Part shown: positions 26,879 to 35,906 of the stretch, piece by piece
Layout: each line of letters starts with the position of its first letter
Position numbering within the stretch: position 1 is the first letter of the stretch
Position numbers and translations under genes: made by a program
IMG/VR virus record: IMGVR_UViG_3300042923_000456
Coordinates: 1-39,107 of that record
DNA from: a virus
Taxonomy: Duplodnaviria; Caudoviricetes
DNA length: 39,107 nucleotides
Reading direction: 5' to 3' (one strand)
Notes under the pieces: generated by a model
The model's input: the letters and a program-made list of their open reading frames with translations, nothing else
The model's database searches: none
What the model was told of the DNA's origin: nothing

Positions 26879-28297
26879 TTAGTACAACTCTACAGTTCCA
26901 CCATTTACTACATAGTAAGATTCTTCAAAATCACAATTTCTTAAATACATATTACCATTGTCGTTCCATATTGAATAGGGTGAATTAGATGATTTACAAG
27001 CTTCATTCCACATTTTGCAATCTGAACCATACATAAGAAAAAAATCACCTCTATTTATTGATTGAGCCAAAGAATCATGAGCATCGCAAGCAATATTCCA
27101 AGTTCTATTTCCTGGGCTTACATCTGCAACATTTGGTCCGACATTATGATGATATTCACCATTTAGCCTAATAATCGACCCGCCTTCATGCATTGTAGAA
27201 CCATTATCAGTATCATCAGACGCATGTCCATTGTGCCTACCTACGCAGTTTATTTCTATTACTTTTGGTTTTACATTATTCAGCGCATGATAATTAAAAC
27301 CATCCTCATAGGCTCTCGCAGCTAAACAATTTTCTACCACTACCAATGATGCACCGTCTATATCAAAAACATCCTGACTGCTTGTATATTTGAATTTGCA
27401 ATTTTTTGCGAACACTTCAAGATTTTGTCCTGCTCCAGTATTTTTAAACCAATTAGTTCCACCTTCTAATTTTAGATTTTCAATATATATTTTTATGTTA
27501 CCGCTTGCCACTAAATTATTAACATTTACATATGATACTATCTTAGCTTGCTCTGCCGTCAATCCTGTAAGGTCTCTTGAGTCCGCAGGATGAACGAATA
27601 TATATGAACCAGTTGTATAGTAAGAACCAGGAGTATTATTTGCTACTGTTAAATCAGTTTGCTTTGTAAGTTTAGTATAGTCTCCATTTGCATCCAACAC
27701 ATTAGTATCATAAACAGCCAAAGTGCCTATTACCCGTGTAGTTCTGTACAAATTAGGATTTGCAGAAGAAATAAAATCGGTCAATACATCACTTGTGTCA
27801 CATATAACACTATCGCCAAGACCTATTATATTTATGTTTTTTGTTATAGCAATACCATTAAAGCCACTGTCTTTATTATATCCACCATTGGCTAAATATA
27901 TTGTAATAACATCACTTTTCGCAACTGCGGTTTGTATATTTTTTAAAGCCGTACCCAGCGTTAATCCGTTGTTTGTATCATTACCGTTCACAACATCAAC
28001 ATAATAAGATGCTCCGCCAGTATTTTTATTTAATGCAATATTATAATCCGTAAAATATACACGATTAAAATCTCTATATATATTAATAGGTGCTTCCCAA
28101 GTAAATTCGCTTGGTCTTTGTAATGTATATCTTCCTGTCATTATTGCATTCGTCATTTCAGCCAATTGCGACTTAAGCTGTCCAGGTTCATCACTCAATT
28201 TATAATCTGTCAACGTACCGTCTGGAATCTGACCTAATACAACGTCTTGTAATTCTTCCCTTACTTTATTTATCTTGCCTTGATTAATTATGTCCAT
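26879..28297 (-). CDS. Right-handed beta-helix spike / receptor-binding protein
   Basis: YYVDVVNGNDTNNG..ALKNIQTAV cap, then DGFNYH, NGSTMH parallel beta-helix repeats. Confidence 0.78.
   Translation of the reverse strand: MDIINQGKINKVREELQDVVLGQIPDGTLTDYKLSDEPGQLKSQLAEMTNAIMTGRYTLQRPSEFTWEAPINIYRDFNRVYFTDYNIALNKNTGGASYYVDVVNGNDTNNGLTLGTALKNIQTAVAKSDVITIYLANGGYNKDSGFNGIAITKNINIIGLGDSVICDTSDVLTDFISSANPNLYRTTRVIGTLAVYDTNVLDANGDYTKLTKQTDLTVANNTPGSYYTTGSYIFVHPADSRDLTGLTAEQAKIVSYVNVNNLVASGNIKIYIENLKLEGGTNWFKNTGAGQNLEVFAKNCKFKYTSSQDVFDIDGASLVVVENCLAARAYEDGFNYHALNNVKPKVIEINCVGRHNGHASDDTDNGSTMHEGGSIIRLNGEYHHNVGPNVADVSPGNRTWNIACDAHDSLAQSINRGDFFLMYGSDCKMWNEACKSSNSPYSIWNDNGNMYLRNCDFEESYYVVNGGTVELY
28149..28172. 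other. dif-like palindromic site E, in frame within the spike gene
   Basis: TTCGTCATT-tcagcc-AATTGCGAC; encodes SQLAEMTN on the - strand. Confidence 0.65.
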
Positions 28298-28301
28298 TTA
28301 A

Positions 28302-28718
28302 TCACCCCATTTCTTGATAAACTATAGACATATAAAGACTATTTGAACCACCAGACGAATAAGCAATTTTAGCACTTATTCTTGTATTTGCTGATAATAT
28401 AGGAGTACACATATCTATATTTAGTATTGTATCTGTACCTGTTGTGCCTTTAGCTATTCTTGTCCTACCTATTTCTATTTCTTGACCACTTAAACCAGAA
28501 TATAAAACAACTTCATATGTTCCAGTTCCAGTTATATTAGCGAATTGAACTTTTCTTATTACAAATTTAGTAGTAATAGCATTAGCAGGAACTATTTCAG
28601 TGAAATCGCCCAATGTATAAGTTCCAGTTGTTGATACTTGCTTTGCTATTGCTAAACTAGGATATACTTTAAAGCTTTTAAACTGATATTTTCTTAATAA
28701 ATTATCTCTGTAAATCAT
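28302..28718 (-). CDS. Virion structural protein (beta-sandwich)
   Basis: Start moved to ATG after GGAGG; in late operon. Confidence 0.65.
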   Translation of the reverse strand: MIYRDNLLRKYQFKSFKVYPSLAIAKQVSTTGTYTLGDFTEIVPANAITTKFVIRKVQFANITGTGTYEVVLYSGLSGQEIEIGRTRIAKGTTGTDTILNIDMCTPILSANTRISAKIAYSSGGSNSLYMSIVYQEMG

Positions 28719-28729
28719 AATAGTACCTC

Positions 28730-28891
28730 CTATACTGGATACCATTGCTCTCCATCTGTTACGTATGTGTCTGATGTATCGTATTCAAAGAATTTAGCTG
28801 TTGCTGGGTATTTAGGGTCTGGTAATGTTATAGCTGCTCTTTCTGTGCTAGTGCCGTAAAATACGTGATCATAAGGATTGTATGTAATCAT
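28730..28891 (-). CDS. Small virion protein, 53 aa
   Basis: FYGTSTERAA...FFEYDTSDTYVTDGEQW motif, typical of small fibre/head-associated domains. Confidence 0.7.
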   Translation of the reverse strand: MITYNPYDHVFYGTSTERAAITLPDPKYPATAKFFEYDTSDTYVTDGEQWYPV

Positions 28892-28893
28892 TA

Positions 28894-29121
28894 TTAACCC
28901 TCCTTAACTTCTATTTTTATACTGCTTGGTTTCTTTCTAACTTTTACCATATCTCCTATTGATTCAACTTTTATTTCAGAGTAATCAAACTTTTCTATAG
29001 CTCTTTTTATAATACTTTCATCATCTGTTATAAACTCACCTTTTGTATTAAAAGCAAATACAAATTGTCCTGTTTCTGTGCTATTTACAACTTGCCTTGA
29101 TTTGCCATAAAATTTATACAT
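28894..29121 (-). CDS. Hypothetical late protein
   Basis: ORF with GGAGG SD. Confidence 0.7.
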   Translation of the reverse strand: MYKFYGKSRQVVNSTETGQFVFAFNTKGEFITDDESIIKRAIEKFDYSEIKVESIGDMVKVRKKPSSIKIEVKEG

Positions 29122-29138
29122 AAAATACCTCCAATATG

Positions 29139-29165
29139 AAAAAAGAGGAGCAATAAGCCCCTCTT
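29139..29165 (-). terminator. Terminator after capsid genes
   Basis: AAGAGGGGC...GCTCCTCTT plus T run. Confidence 0.75.
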
Positions 29166-29547
29166 AAAGTGTTTCTATTACATACATACCAGCAGCATGA
29201 TCTGTTAATAACCTTTTGCCTGATGCTGGAGTTAATGTAATAGCAACTGTTCCGTCATCTTGTTTAACTCTACCGCCTTCTAATTCTATCGCTACGGATG
29301 CGCCAGCAGCAACGGAACCAGTAACAGCAGATGTGCCTGCCCAAAAATCTCCAACAGCAATGCTATATGTTATAGCACCGTGCCCAGAACCATTATAGAT
29401 TATGTATACAAGTTTATAATCTGGTCTAGTTGGTGTAGCTGTAAAAACTTCTGCTGTATCTATTACTGTTGATGTAGCAGCATTAGCTGTCATAGCAAGG
29501 CCGGTATTCATTGAAACTAATTTAGTATTTGTTATTGTAACTGCCAT
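29164..29547 (-). CDS. Probable capsid decoration protein
   Basis: Ala/Thr-rich beta protein directly after coat gene and sharing its initiation region. Confidence 0.6.
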   Translation of the reverse strand: MAVTITNTKLVSMNTGLAMTANAATSTVIDTAEVFTATPTRPDYKLVYIIYNGSGHGAITYSIAVGDFWAGTSAVTGSVAAGASVAIELEGGRVKQDDGTVAITLTPASGKRLLTDHAAGMYVIETL

Positions 29548-29560
29548 TTATATCAACTCC

Positions 29561-30400
29561 TTATATAGTAGTTTCTGCTGATTGTGTAGCATTAAGCCTA
29601 ACTAATTCTTTTGGCTTTAATACTCTACCGCCATAAACATTAAGTCCACTTGCGCCACCAGCAAAACTATCTTCTAATTCTTCTATAAATCTTTGTTTCA
29701 TTAATTGCTCTGCAAATATTATAGAATTGAAAGATCCTGCAAGTATTTGAGAATTAAAACTACCTTCTGCACCTGTTGTAACGACATTATTAGATACAAA
29801 TATAGTAGTATCTAAGTAATCTGCCCAACTAAGCCCACCTTTTTCTCCATCTAAACCATTATTAATTTGAAATTTAACTCCTGCAAGCATTAATTTTTCT
29901 TTGTACCATGGAGGAATTACCATCCATCTATCATTAGGCTTTACATTGTTTTCCTCAAGCTTTCTAATAACTGTTGATGTAGTAGAAAGAACATTAGCTG
30001 ATGTGATTGTTGCTGTAACAGTTGTTGCTGCTCCTGCATATAAACCTAATATAAATTGATCTGCTGTATCTCTCAAGCCATATGCTGCTCTTTCAACCTG
30101 TGAGCCTTTGACATCAATATTACTTTGGAATGCTTCTATATCGTCAATTTTGAAAGCATAATATTTCTTTTGATCTATTAACAATGCTACTGTAGAATCT
30201 TGAAGGGTTTCATAGCTGATTGAACCTGTGTAACTTGATATTGTAGGATCTGCAAGTCCACTAAAATAAACTGTGTCGCCTTCTTTTTTGATTGGTGCAT
30301 CGGGTTCCATTGTACATATTTTCTTTGCTATTAAGTCCTTTTCAAGCGTTCTTAATATTTTGGTACTGACTAACTTTGGTATTGAGTTTATAACTGCCAT
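29561..30400 (-). CDS. Major capsid protein (P22 coat-like HK97 fold)
   Basis: GDTVYF, IDQKKYYAFKIDDIE, RWMVIPP, GLNVYGGRVLKP; follows scaffold. Confidence 0.9.
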   Translation of the reverse strand: MAVINSIPKLVSTKILRTLEKDLIAKKICTMEPDAPIKKEGDTVYFSGLADPTISSYTGSISYETLQDSTVALLIDQKKYYAFKIDDIEAFQSNIDVKGSQVERAAYGLRDTADQFILGLYAGAATTVTATITSANVLSTTSTVIRKLEENNVKPNDRWMVIPPWYKEKLMLAGVKFQINNGLDGEKGGLSWADYLDTTIFVSNNVVTTGAEGSFNSQILAGSFNSIIFAEQLMKQRFIEELEDSFAGGASGLNVYGGRVLKPKELVRLNATQSAETTI

Positions 30401-30411
30401 TTATATCTCTC

Positions 30412-31218
30412 CTATCGCATATTTAATATTTTTTTAACTTGTGACCAATTTTGAGAAATTTCTTTTTCTGACATAGTTGCTATACTTTCAGCAGTAATTT
30501 CTTTCGTAACAGGTTTTCCATTACCTGTGACACTGCCTGTTGATGTAGCAGCATTAACAGAATTAATTTCTTGAGTTTTAGTTCCTTTTTCTATATCTTG
30601 AAGTTTTTTTCTAAGAATAGAATTTTCATGTCTCATATATGCATCTACAAGACTTTTACCTTCTTTGCCATTTGATTTTTCATAAGCTTCTGAAAGTTCC
30701 CAAACTTCATTTGGTATAGAATCTTTACCAGGATCAAAATCTCTATTGTTGTTATTTCTAAAATACTCTAAAAATTCAACTTTATTTTTTTGTGAAAATT
30801 GTTCTTGTTTTTGCTTATTTAAAGCTTCTCTTGCTTCTTTAACAGTTGGATTATTATTTACATATTCATCAACTATTGTGGGGTCTATGCCCTTTTCTTC
30901 TAAAGCTGCTCTACGTTCACGTTCTTGATTAATCCTCATAGCTTCGTCATATTCGGCTTTAGTTTTAATAGGCTTGCCATCAAATACATAACCTTGATTT
31001 GCTATGAATTTATCTATTGCTTCTTGTTCTGCCCTTCTGCGTATTTCAGCAAATTTAGCATTTTCTTCTTTAGATTGAACTGGTTTCTCTTCTACTTTGG
31101 GTTGTTCAGCGACTTCAACCTTTTGCACGCTTTCTGCAGATTCTATAACCAGGTCTTGTTGTGGTTCAACGTTCTCCACTGGCTCTGCGTTTACAGTGCT
31201 TTCATTTATATTTTCCAT
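30412..31218 (-). CDS. Scaffolding protein
   Basis: Acidic N-terminus, QSKEENAKFAEIRR, helical; between portal and coat. Confidence 0.8.
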   Translation of the reverse strand: MENINESTVNAEPVENVEPQQDLVIESAESVQKVEVAEQPKVEEKPVQSKEENAKFAEIRRRAEQEAIDKFIANQGYVFDGKPIKTKAEYDEAMRINQERERRAALEEKGIDPTIVDEYVNNNPTVKEAREALNKQKQEQFSQKNKVEFLEYFRNNNNRDFDPGKDSIPNEVWELSEAYEKSNGKEGKSLVDAYMRHENSILRKKLQDIEKGTKTQEINSVNAATSTGSVTGNGKPVTKEITAESIATMSEKEISQNWSQVKKILNMR

Positions 31219-31265
31219 TAATTATCTTCCTTTCGTTTTTACGCTACTTAAGCGATATTTTGACA

Positions 31266-31292
31266 ATAAAAAAAAGACTTATTCAGTCTTGG
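31266..31292 (-). terminator. Terminator after portal
   Basis: AAGACT-gaata-AGTCTT plus T run. Confidence 0.6.
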
Positions 31293-31295
31293 TAA

Positions 31296-33029
31296 TTACA
31301 TTTGTGGTTGTTGCATTAACTGCATAATAGCTTGTTCCATTTGTCCATCCGGCAATGCTTTTAATTGAGCTTGAATATCAGGCGGTAATGTTTCAAAGAA
31401 CTGCGCCATAGCTTCAAAATCTTGTTGCTGTGAACTCATTTGATTATTTACTTGTTGATCTAATGCATCTATTAACTCTTGTTTCTTGTCTATATAACCA
31501 TTAGGTAATCTTTCAAGGTATTGTTGAGGAGTTATAATTTGCTTCTCTAATAAATTATCTAATGTTTGAATAGCTGTAATTTCACTCCAGTAACTAGATG
31601 GTCCTACGTCAACCTTTAATTTAAACGGAATATCTTGATAAAGTGAAGCGTTAAACATTCCGACTTTAGATTTATCTCCATCTTTATAACTTATTTTTCT
31701 ATCTACGTCACCGTATTTTGACAACATAAAATCTAACCATATTAACCCTAAATCTTCTACAAACTGATATAAATTATCTGCTATAGATTGTAATGGGACT
31801 TGTGACGCTTTCTGAACTGCTATAATTGCACCTTGATTCTTCGGGTCTATGTTGCCTAATGCCGCATCATTTGCTCCATTTAAATCTTTTGTAGTTGCTA
31901 TAGCTTCTCTGAATACCTCCATTACCATGTTATTCATTTGTCCATAGCTTATTTGTTGTACAGCTCCTACAGTATCACCTTCAACGCCTATAGCAGCGCC
32001 TACAGCATTATTCCAAGCAGTTATTCTATTTTTATCGTATATAACTTTACCAAACGCTGTCATTCTCATATGTTCAACTATCATTGCATATAAAGTATTG
32101 ATAACTATTTGATTAGGTATTAATCCAGTACATTCAGCTTGACCATGATATGAATTTTTAAGCCTTGTCCAATTAAACCATGCTAGAGGATACAATTTTA
32201 GCTTAGTGTCTAGTTTAGGTTTTATAGGACAATATCTAGTAGTTTTAGAAAGCATAACAGTGCCATTTTCTTTCCACATCTTAATTATGTATGTGCATTT
32301 ACCGTTATCCCCACCATTATCAATTTCCTGCTTTCCTCTGTCTCCTGCTTGATATTCTGTATCTTCATCATTGCTTATTTTTTCAATCATATCTTTTGGG
32401 ACTTTATTCTCTTTAGCTTCTTTCTTAAGATTAGATACCATATCTCTGCCCAAAATAAGTATATAAGGTTGTGCTTGGACTTTATTGTTATTAGGATTAC
32501 CAAACATAACATTTTGTCCATCAACTAGCTCTGTGCAAAAATCCCCCATTACTTTAACAGGATTGTTTTCAGCATCTATTCCATTTGTAGTATATGTATC
32601 TATCTTAGGATCCCAATAAGTATATAAAGCCATGTCGCCAGTTACAGCAGCGTCCATTAAACCCTCTCTTAATAAAGAGTCCATTTTTAACTTTTCCCAC
32701 TTAACTTCGCTGTATCCTGATAACATATCTGCAATTCTTTGATATTCTTGCTCGTTTGGGTCTTCTGTATCATCTTCAATGTTTTCAATGCCAAATTGCA
32801 TTTTAACTCTACTGCTAAGGACAGAAGATATTTTAAACTCTACTATAGGTTTAAGTATATTGAATACTGGTGTAGATAATTTTCCTGCTTTGACTCCATA
32901 CCATTGATCGTTACTTATAAAACGATAGTTTTTATCTATTGTTTGATAGTATGGTGGATGGAGCTTGCTATTATAATCTTTGCCCTGTTCATATAACCTC
33001 CACTCGTCCATTTCTTCTTTGTCTTTCAT
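31296..33029 (-). CDS. Portal protein (P22-like)
   Basis: 577 aa, DQW..PVFNILKP, Gln-rich C-terminal barrel; position. Confidence 0.88.
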   Translation of the reverse strand: MKDKEEMDEWRLYEQGKDYNSKLHPPYYQTIDKNYRFISNDQWYGVKAGKLSTPVFNILKPIVEFKISSVLSSRVKMQFGIENIEDDTEDPNEQEYQRIADMLSGYSEVKWEKLKMDSLLREGLMDAAVTGDMALYTYWDPKIDTYTTNGIDAENNPVKVMGDFCTELVDGQNVMFGNPNNNKVQAQPYILILGRDMVSNLKKEAKENKVPKDMIEKISNDEDTEYQAGDRGKQEIDNGGDNGKCTYIIKMWKENGTVMLSKTTRYCPIKPKLDTKLKLYPLAWFNWTRLKNSYHGQAECTGLIPNQIVINTLYAMIVEHMRMTAFGKVIYDKNRITAWNNAVGAAIGVEGDTVGAVQQISYGQMNNMVMEVFREAIATTKDLNGANDAALGNIDPKNQGAIIAVQKASQVPLQSIADNLYQFVEDLGLIWLDFMLSKYGDVDRKISYKDGDKSKVGMFNASLYQDIPFKLKVDVGPSSYWSEITAIQTLDNLLEKQIITPQQYLERLPNGYIDKKQELIDALDQQVNNQMSSQQQDFEAMAQFFETLPPDIQAQLKALPDGQMEQAIMQLMQQPQM

Positions 33030-33049
33030 TTACTCACCTTCTTTCAACC

Positions 33050-33105
33050 AAAATAAAAAGAGCCTATTAACCACCATAGGTAATCAATAGGCTCTCGAGA
33101 AGCTC
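33050..33105 (-). promoter_or_regulatory. Attenuator hairpin with GAG-repeat (Com-type) site upstream of portal
   Basis: GAGCTTCTCGAGAGCC overlaps the 5' arm of AGAGCCTATT...AATAGGCTCT plus T run. Confidence 0.65.
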
Positions 33106-33126
33106 AATTATTTAATTATTTTAAGC

Positions 33127-33354
33127 TTAATACTCTTTTATTCCTTCTTCTTTTGCAAAGTCGTAAGCTAATTCAAATTGGTTTTCATTACTAACTTCAT
33201 TATTTTTATCGCAAAATGAATGCAAATTGTAAAACTCATTTAATTTCTTATTCATATCTTCATGGTGTGTACTATATGCACTTTGATGTACTTTCCCTAA
33301 CAATAACGCTTTACCGCATCCCCTGCATACTAACCACATGCTATTATTTGCCAT
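33127..33354 (-). CDS. Hypothetical protein with CxxC
   Basis: LVCRGCGK...H..C. Confidence 0.7.
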   Translation of the reverse strand: MANNSMWLVCRGCGKALLLGKVHQSAYSTHHEDMNKKLNEFYNLHSFCDKNNEVSNENQFELAYDFAKEEGIKEY

Positions 33355-33628
33355 GATTAATATTCTCCTTTATGCCACTATAAGTAAAATTGCAATTATA
33401 AATAAGTTCATTTCCTAAAGAATATATCCCTTGATCATATATAACTACATCATTGTATCCGTATTTTTCTGCTGCCATTTTTGCCTTTTTGCTAAAACGT
33501 TCTTTATTTTCGCTTAAATACTCTTCTCTTTCTTGTTCTGTCATTTCCCATACATTGCTATACTCGTCTGATTTTATCATAGATTCCATTTTGTACCCGA
33601 GAAACATTTCATTATTCATTCTTGACAC
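33344..33628 (-). CDS. Hypothetical protein
   Basis: ORF with AGGAG SD. Confidence 0.65.
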   Translation of the reverse strand: MSRMNNEMFLGYKMESMIKSDEYSNVWEMTEQEREEYLSENKERFSKKAKMAAEKYGYNDVVIYDQGIYSLGNELIYNCNFTYSGIKENINHGK

Positions 33629-33632
33629 TCTC

Positions 33633-33740
33633 CTATTTTTTATTGGTGTTCATTGTACCGCATCTAGTACATTTTATTTCATACTCTCCTTTAATTTTAC
33701 CCAAAAGCTTATTACATTTGCAACATCTTATTTCTGTCAT
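33633..33740 (-). CDS. Mu Com-like zinc-ribbon regulator, 35 aa
   Basis: MTEIRCCKCNKLLGKIKGEYEIKCTRCGTMN, the canonical IRC..C.KLL...EIKC.RCG..N pattern; AAGGAG SD. Confidence 0.85.
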   Translation of the reverse strand: MTEIRCCKCNKLLGKIKGEYEIKCTRCGTMNTNKK

Positions 33741-33741
33741 T

Positions 33742-33993
33742 TTATTTATCTCCTTCTTTCTGTAGGTCTCCTGTGTAACTTAGGATATTACTCCAAGCTT
33801 CAGCATATTCGTCAGTAGCTTTCTTTTCTTCTTTAGCTTCTACATGCTCTTTATAAGCCTTTGCAGGGTTTAAATTAATAGAAGGTACAATGCCCTTCCC
33901 TATCTCTTTACCGTGCTTTATGCCTACGCTATAAGCTTTTATGGTAGAAATAAAAAAGCACAATCCTACGATCATGCTTAAAAATAAATCCAT
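33742..33993 (-). CDS. Small membrane protein
   Basis: N-terminal TM; NILSYTG C-terminal motif. Confidence 0.7.
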   Translation of the reverse strand: MDLFLSMIVGLCFFISTIKAYSVGIKHGKEIGKGIVPSINLNPAKAYKEHVEAKEEKKATDEYAEAWSNILSYTGDLQKEGDK

Positions 33994-34044
33994 ATATTCA
34001 CCTCTTTGTCGCTAATCTAGCGAATCTAATAAATAAATATTTAG

Positions 34045-34150
34045 CGTAATTTATTCAATGTTTATTCAAGCTTTTTTATATAATCACGTCTTTTTTGGCA
34101 TATTTATGTATATTTATTCATTATTGAATATCTTATACATAGTTTATGCA
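34045..34150. repeat. Array of TTTAT(T/G)(C/T)A repeats including ARG-box-like palindromes
   Basis: Copies at 34050, 34061, 34103, 34113, 34132, 34143; TGTAT-ATTT-ATTCA at 34107-34120. Confidence 0.7.
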
Positions 34151-34178
34151 ATTGCATTTAATGTATATTATGTATAAT
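34151..34178 (+). other. Canonical XerCD dif-like core site
   Basis: ATTGCATTTAA-TGTATA-TTATGTATAAT versus E. coli dif GGTGCGCATAA-TGTATA-TTATGTTAAAT. Confidence 0.7.
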
Positions 34179-35538
34179 ACATATAGCTCTGATCTATTTC
34201 TTGAGGTTCAAATGTTTCCTTCTTTTTATATAGTCCAAAATCATCTTTACGTTTATTTAATGGTTCTTCTGTTATTCTCGGTCTGCTCATTATTCCGTAT
34301 CTAATAGCTTCTGGTGCATGTGTTATTTCATGCGGTTCTCCTGCTGCATCTTCTAATTTTTTATCGTCATATTGGAGCAAAGGTATATTCTTTACAGCAT
34401 TTAAACAATTACTAAAAAACTTTAACTTTGATGATTTTTTACCATACATATCATCTATTGGTTTTAGGTATTCTCTCATTGTTCTCCATCCTGCTATTCT
34501 GCTATTATTAGCTTGCATTAATGGTAGTCCTGCTTTTATCATTATTTCAAAACCACTTTCGCCAGTCTCTTGTCTTTTATTCCATAAGTCTGGTGAAGCT
34601 ACAGTATATTCCACCTTTTCTTCTTTTGGAGTTAGTTCTATTATTCTTTTAGCTGCTGCACTTAATATTAATCCTGGTTCGTGCATCTCTCTATATACAT
34701 AACACACACCATAAGTATCAACTGCCCACCAATAACAAGCAGCCATGTCCATACCATAGTCAAGTGATCTGAACCTTTTCCAGTGGTTAGGTATTTGAAA
34801 TGGTTCTATAACATGTAGTTCTCTATTCCATTCATTGAAATATTGACCTTCAAACGCGTCCCAATCTCCATACAACATAGCTCTTTTACGCATCTCTGGA
34901 AGGTTTTCTAGGTTTTCAACATACTCTGGATTATTAGTCATTAGATACTTATTTTCATATACCGTAGAAGGTATAAACTCATAATTCTCTGGCTTTTCTT
35001 TGTTCCTATATTGTTTATCTATAAATAATCTTTTCATCCAGCTATGCCCTACGCCACCAGGATTGCAAGTAAAATACATTCTTGGCGTAAATTTAATTAG
35101 CATTTGTCCGCTTGATCTATTAGATTCCATTAATGTATCTTTTTGAAACTCAGTAAATTGTGTAGCTTCTTCCATGAATATTACATCATAAGCCTGCCCT
35201 TGATATTGCAATACATCTGATTCAGCACTACAATAACCTAGTTTAATTCTAGCATTATTAGGGAATAAAAACTCTTTATTTAATGCATCATACTTAGTTA
35301 TATCTTTAAGCTCTGACTGTAAATTTAATATATGATTCTCTCTCAATTCTTGAAGAGTACGTCTCAGTATAAGTATCTGTATTCCGCTATAATTAAGCGC
35401 TAGTAAAACTGCCTTACGTCTAGCTGCCCAGCTCTTGCCGCCACCCCTTGAACCTCCATAAGCTATATACCGCTTTGTTGATTTAAAGAAATCTATTTGT
35501 TTAGGATAAGGAATGCCTTGTAATACTATTTTGCCCAT
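34168..35538 (-). CDS. terL: Terminase large subunit
   Basis: YGGSRGGGKS Walker A, IFMEEATQF Walker B, TCNPGG, SLDYG nuclease domain. Confidence 0.95.
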   Translation of the reverse strand: MGKIVLQGIPYPKQIDFFKSTKRYIAYGGSRGGGKSWAARRKAVLLALNYSGIQILILRRTLQELRENHILNLQSELKDITKYDALNKEFLFPNNARIKLGYCSAESDVLQYQGQAYDVIFMEEATQFTEFQKDTLMESNRSSGQMLIKFTPRMYFTCNPGGVGHSWMKRLFIDKQYRNKEKPENYEFIPSTVYENKYLMTNNPEYVENLENLPEMRKRAMLYGDWDAFEGQYFNEWNRELHVIEPFQIPNHWKRFRSLDYGMDMAACYWWAVDTYGVCYVYREMHEPGLILSAAAKRIIELTPKEEKVEYTVASPDLWNKRQETGESGFEIMIKAGLPLMQANNSRIAGWRTMREYLKPIDDMYGKKSSKLKFFSNCLNAVKNIPLLQYDDKKLEDAAGEPHEITHAPEAIRYGIMSRPRITEEPLNKRKDDFGLYKKKETFEPQEIDQSYMYYT

Positions 35539-35906
35539 TCTTCAAGATCACCTTCTAAAGTTATCTCTATATTTCTATTTGTATTGTCTGATTCAACCTT
35601 TTCTGTGAATAACTTAAGGTGTTTCCCTAATAACTCAAATGCTTTTAACTTATCGCTTTCCTTATCACCTTTTATAGCTATATCCTTAATACCATTTAGA
35701 ACAAACTCAGCTGTTATGCCATTATTTATAGCGCGTTCTTCAAGTCTTTTATCTATCTCAGACCTCAAATAAGGTTTCATAAGGTTTTCTTGCCCTATGA
35801 CCGATGCTGTCTTCTCACTGTAACCCGCTCTAATAGCCGCTTGAGTGGCATTAAGGTCTTTCATGTATTCAGTTATAAACATTTCTTGTTTTGGCGTTAG
35901 TTTCAT
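35526..35906 (-). CDS. terS: Terminase small subunit
   Basis: LTPKQEMFITEYMKDLNATQAAIRAGYS; KAFELLGKHLKLF. Confidence 0.95.
   Translation of the reverse strand: MKLTPKQEMFITEYMKDLNATQAAIRAGYSEKTASVIGQENLMKPYLRSEIDKRLEERAINNGITAEFVLNGIKDIAIKGDKESDKLKAFELLGKHLKLFTEKVESDNTNRNIEITLEGDLEEWAK

Noticed and set aside
805-28310. Recurrent TTAATCACC(T/C) motif at many gene boundaries
   Set aside because: It is the reverse complement of the extended Shine-Dalgarno AGGTGATTAA, not a mobile repeat.
29539-30408. Identical 17-bp TAACTGCCATTTATATC at the starts of coat and decoration genes, and a possible coat frameshift extension
   Set aside because: Explained by shared optimised translation initiation regions (MAV starts); no slippery sequence at the coat stop.
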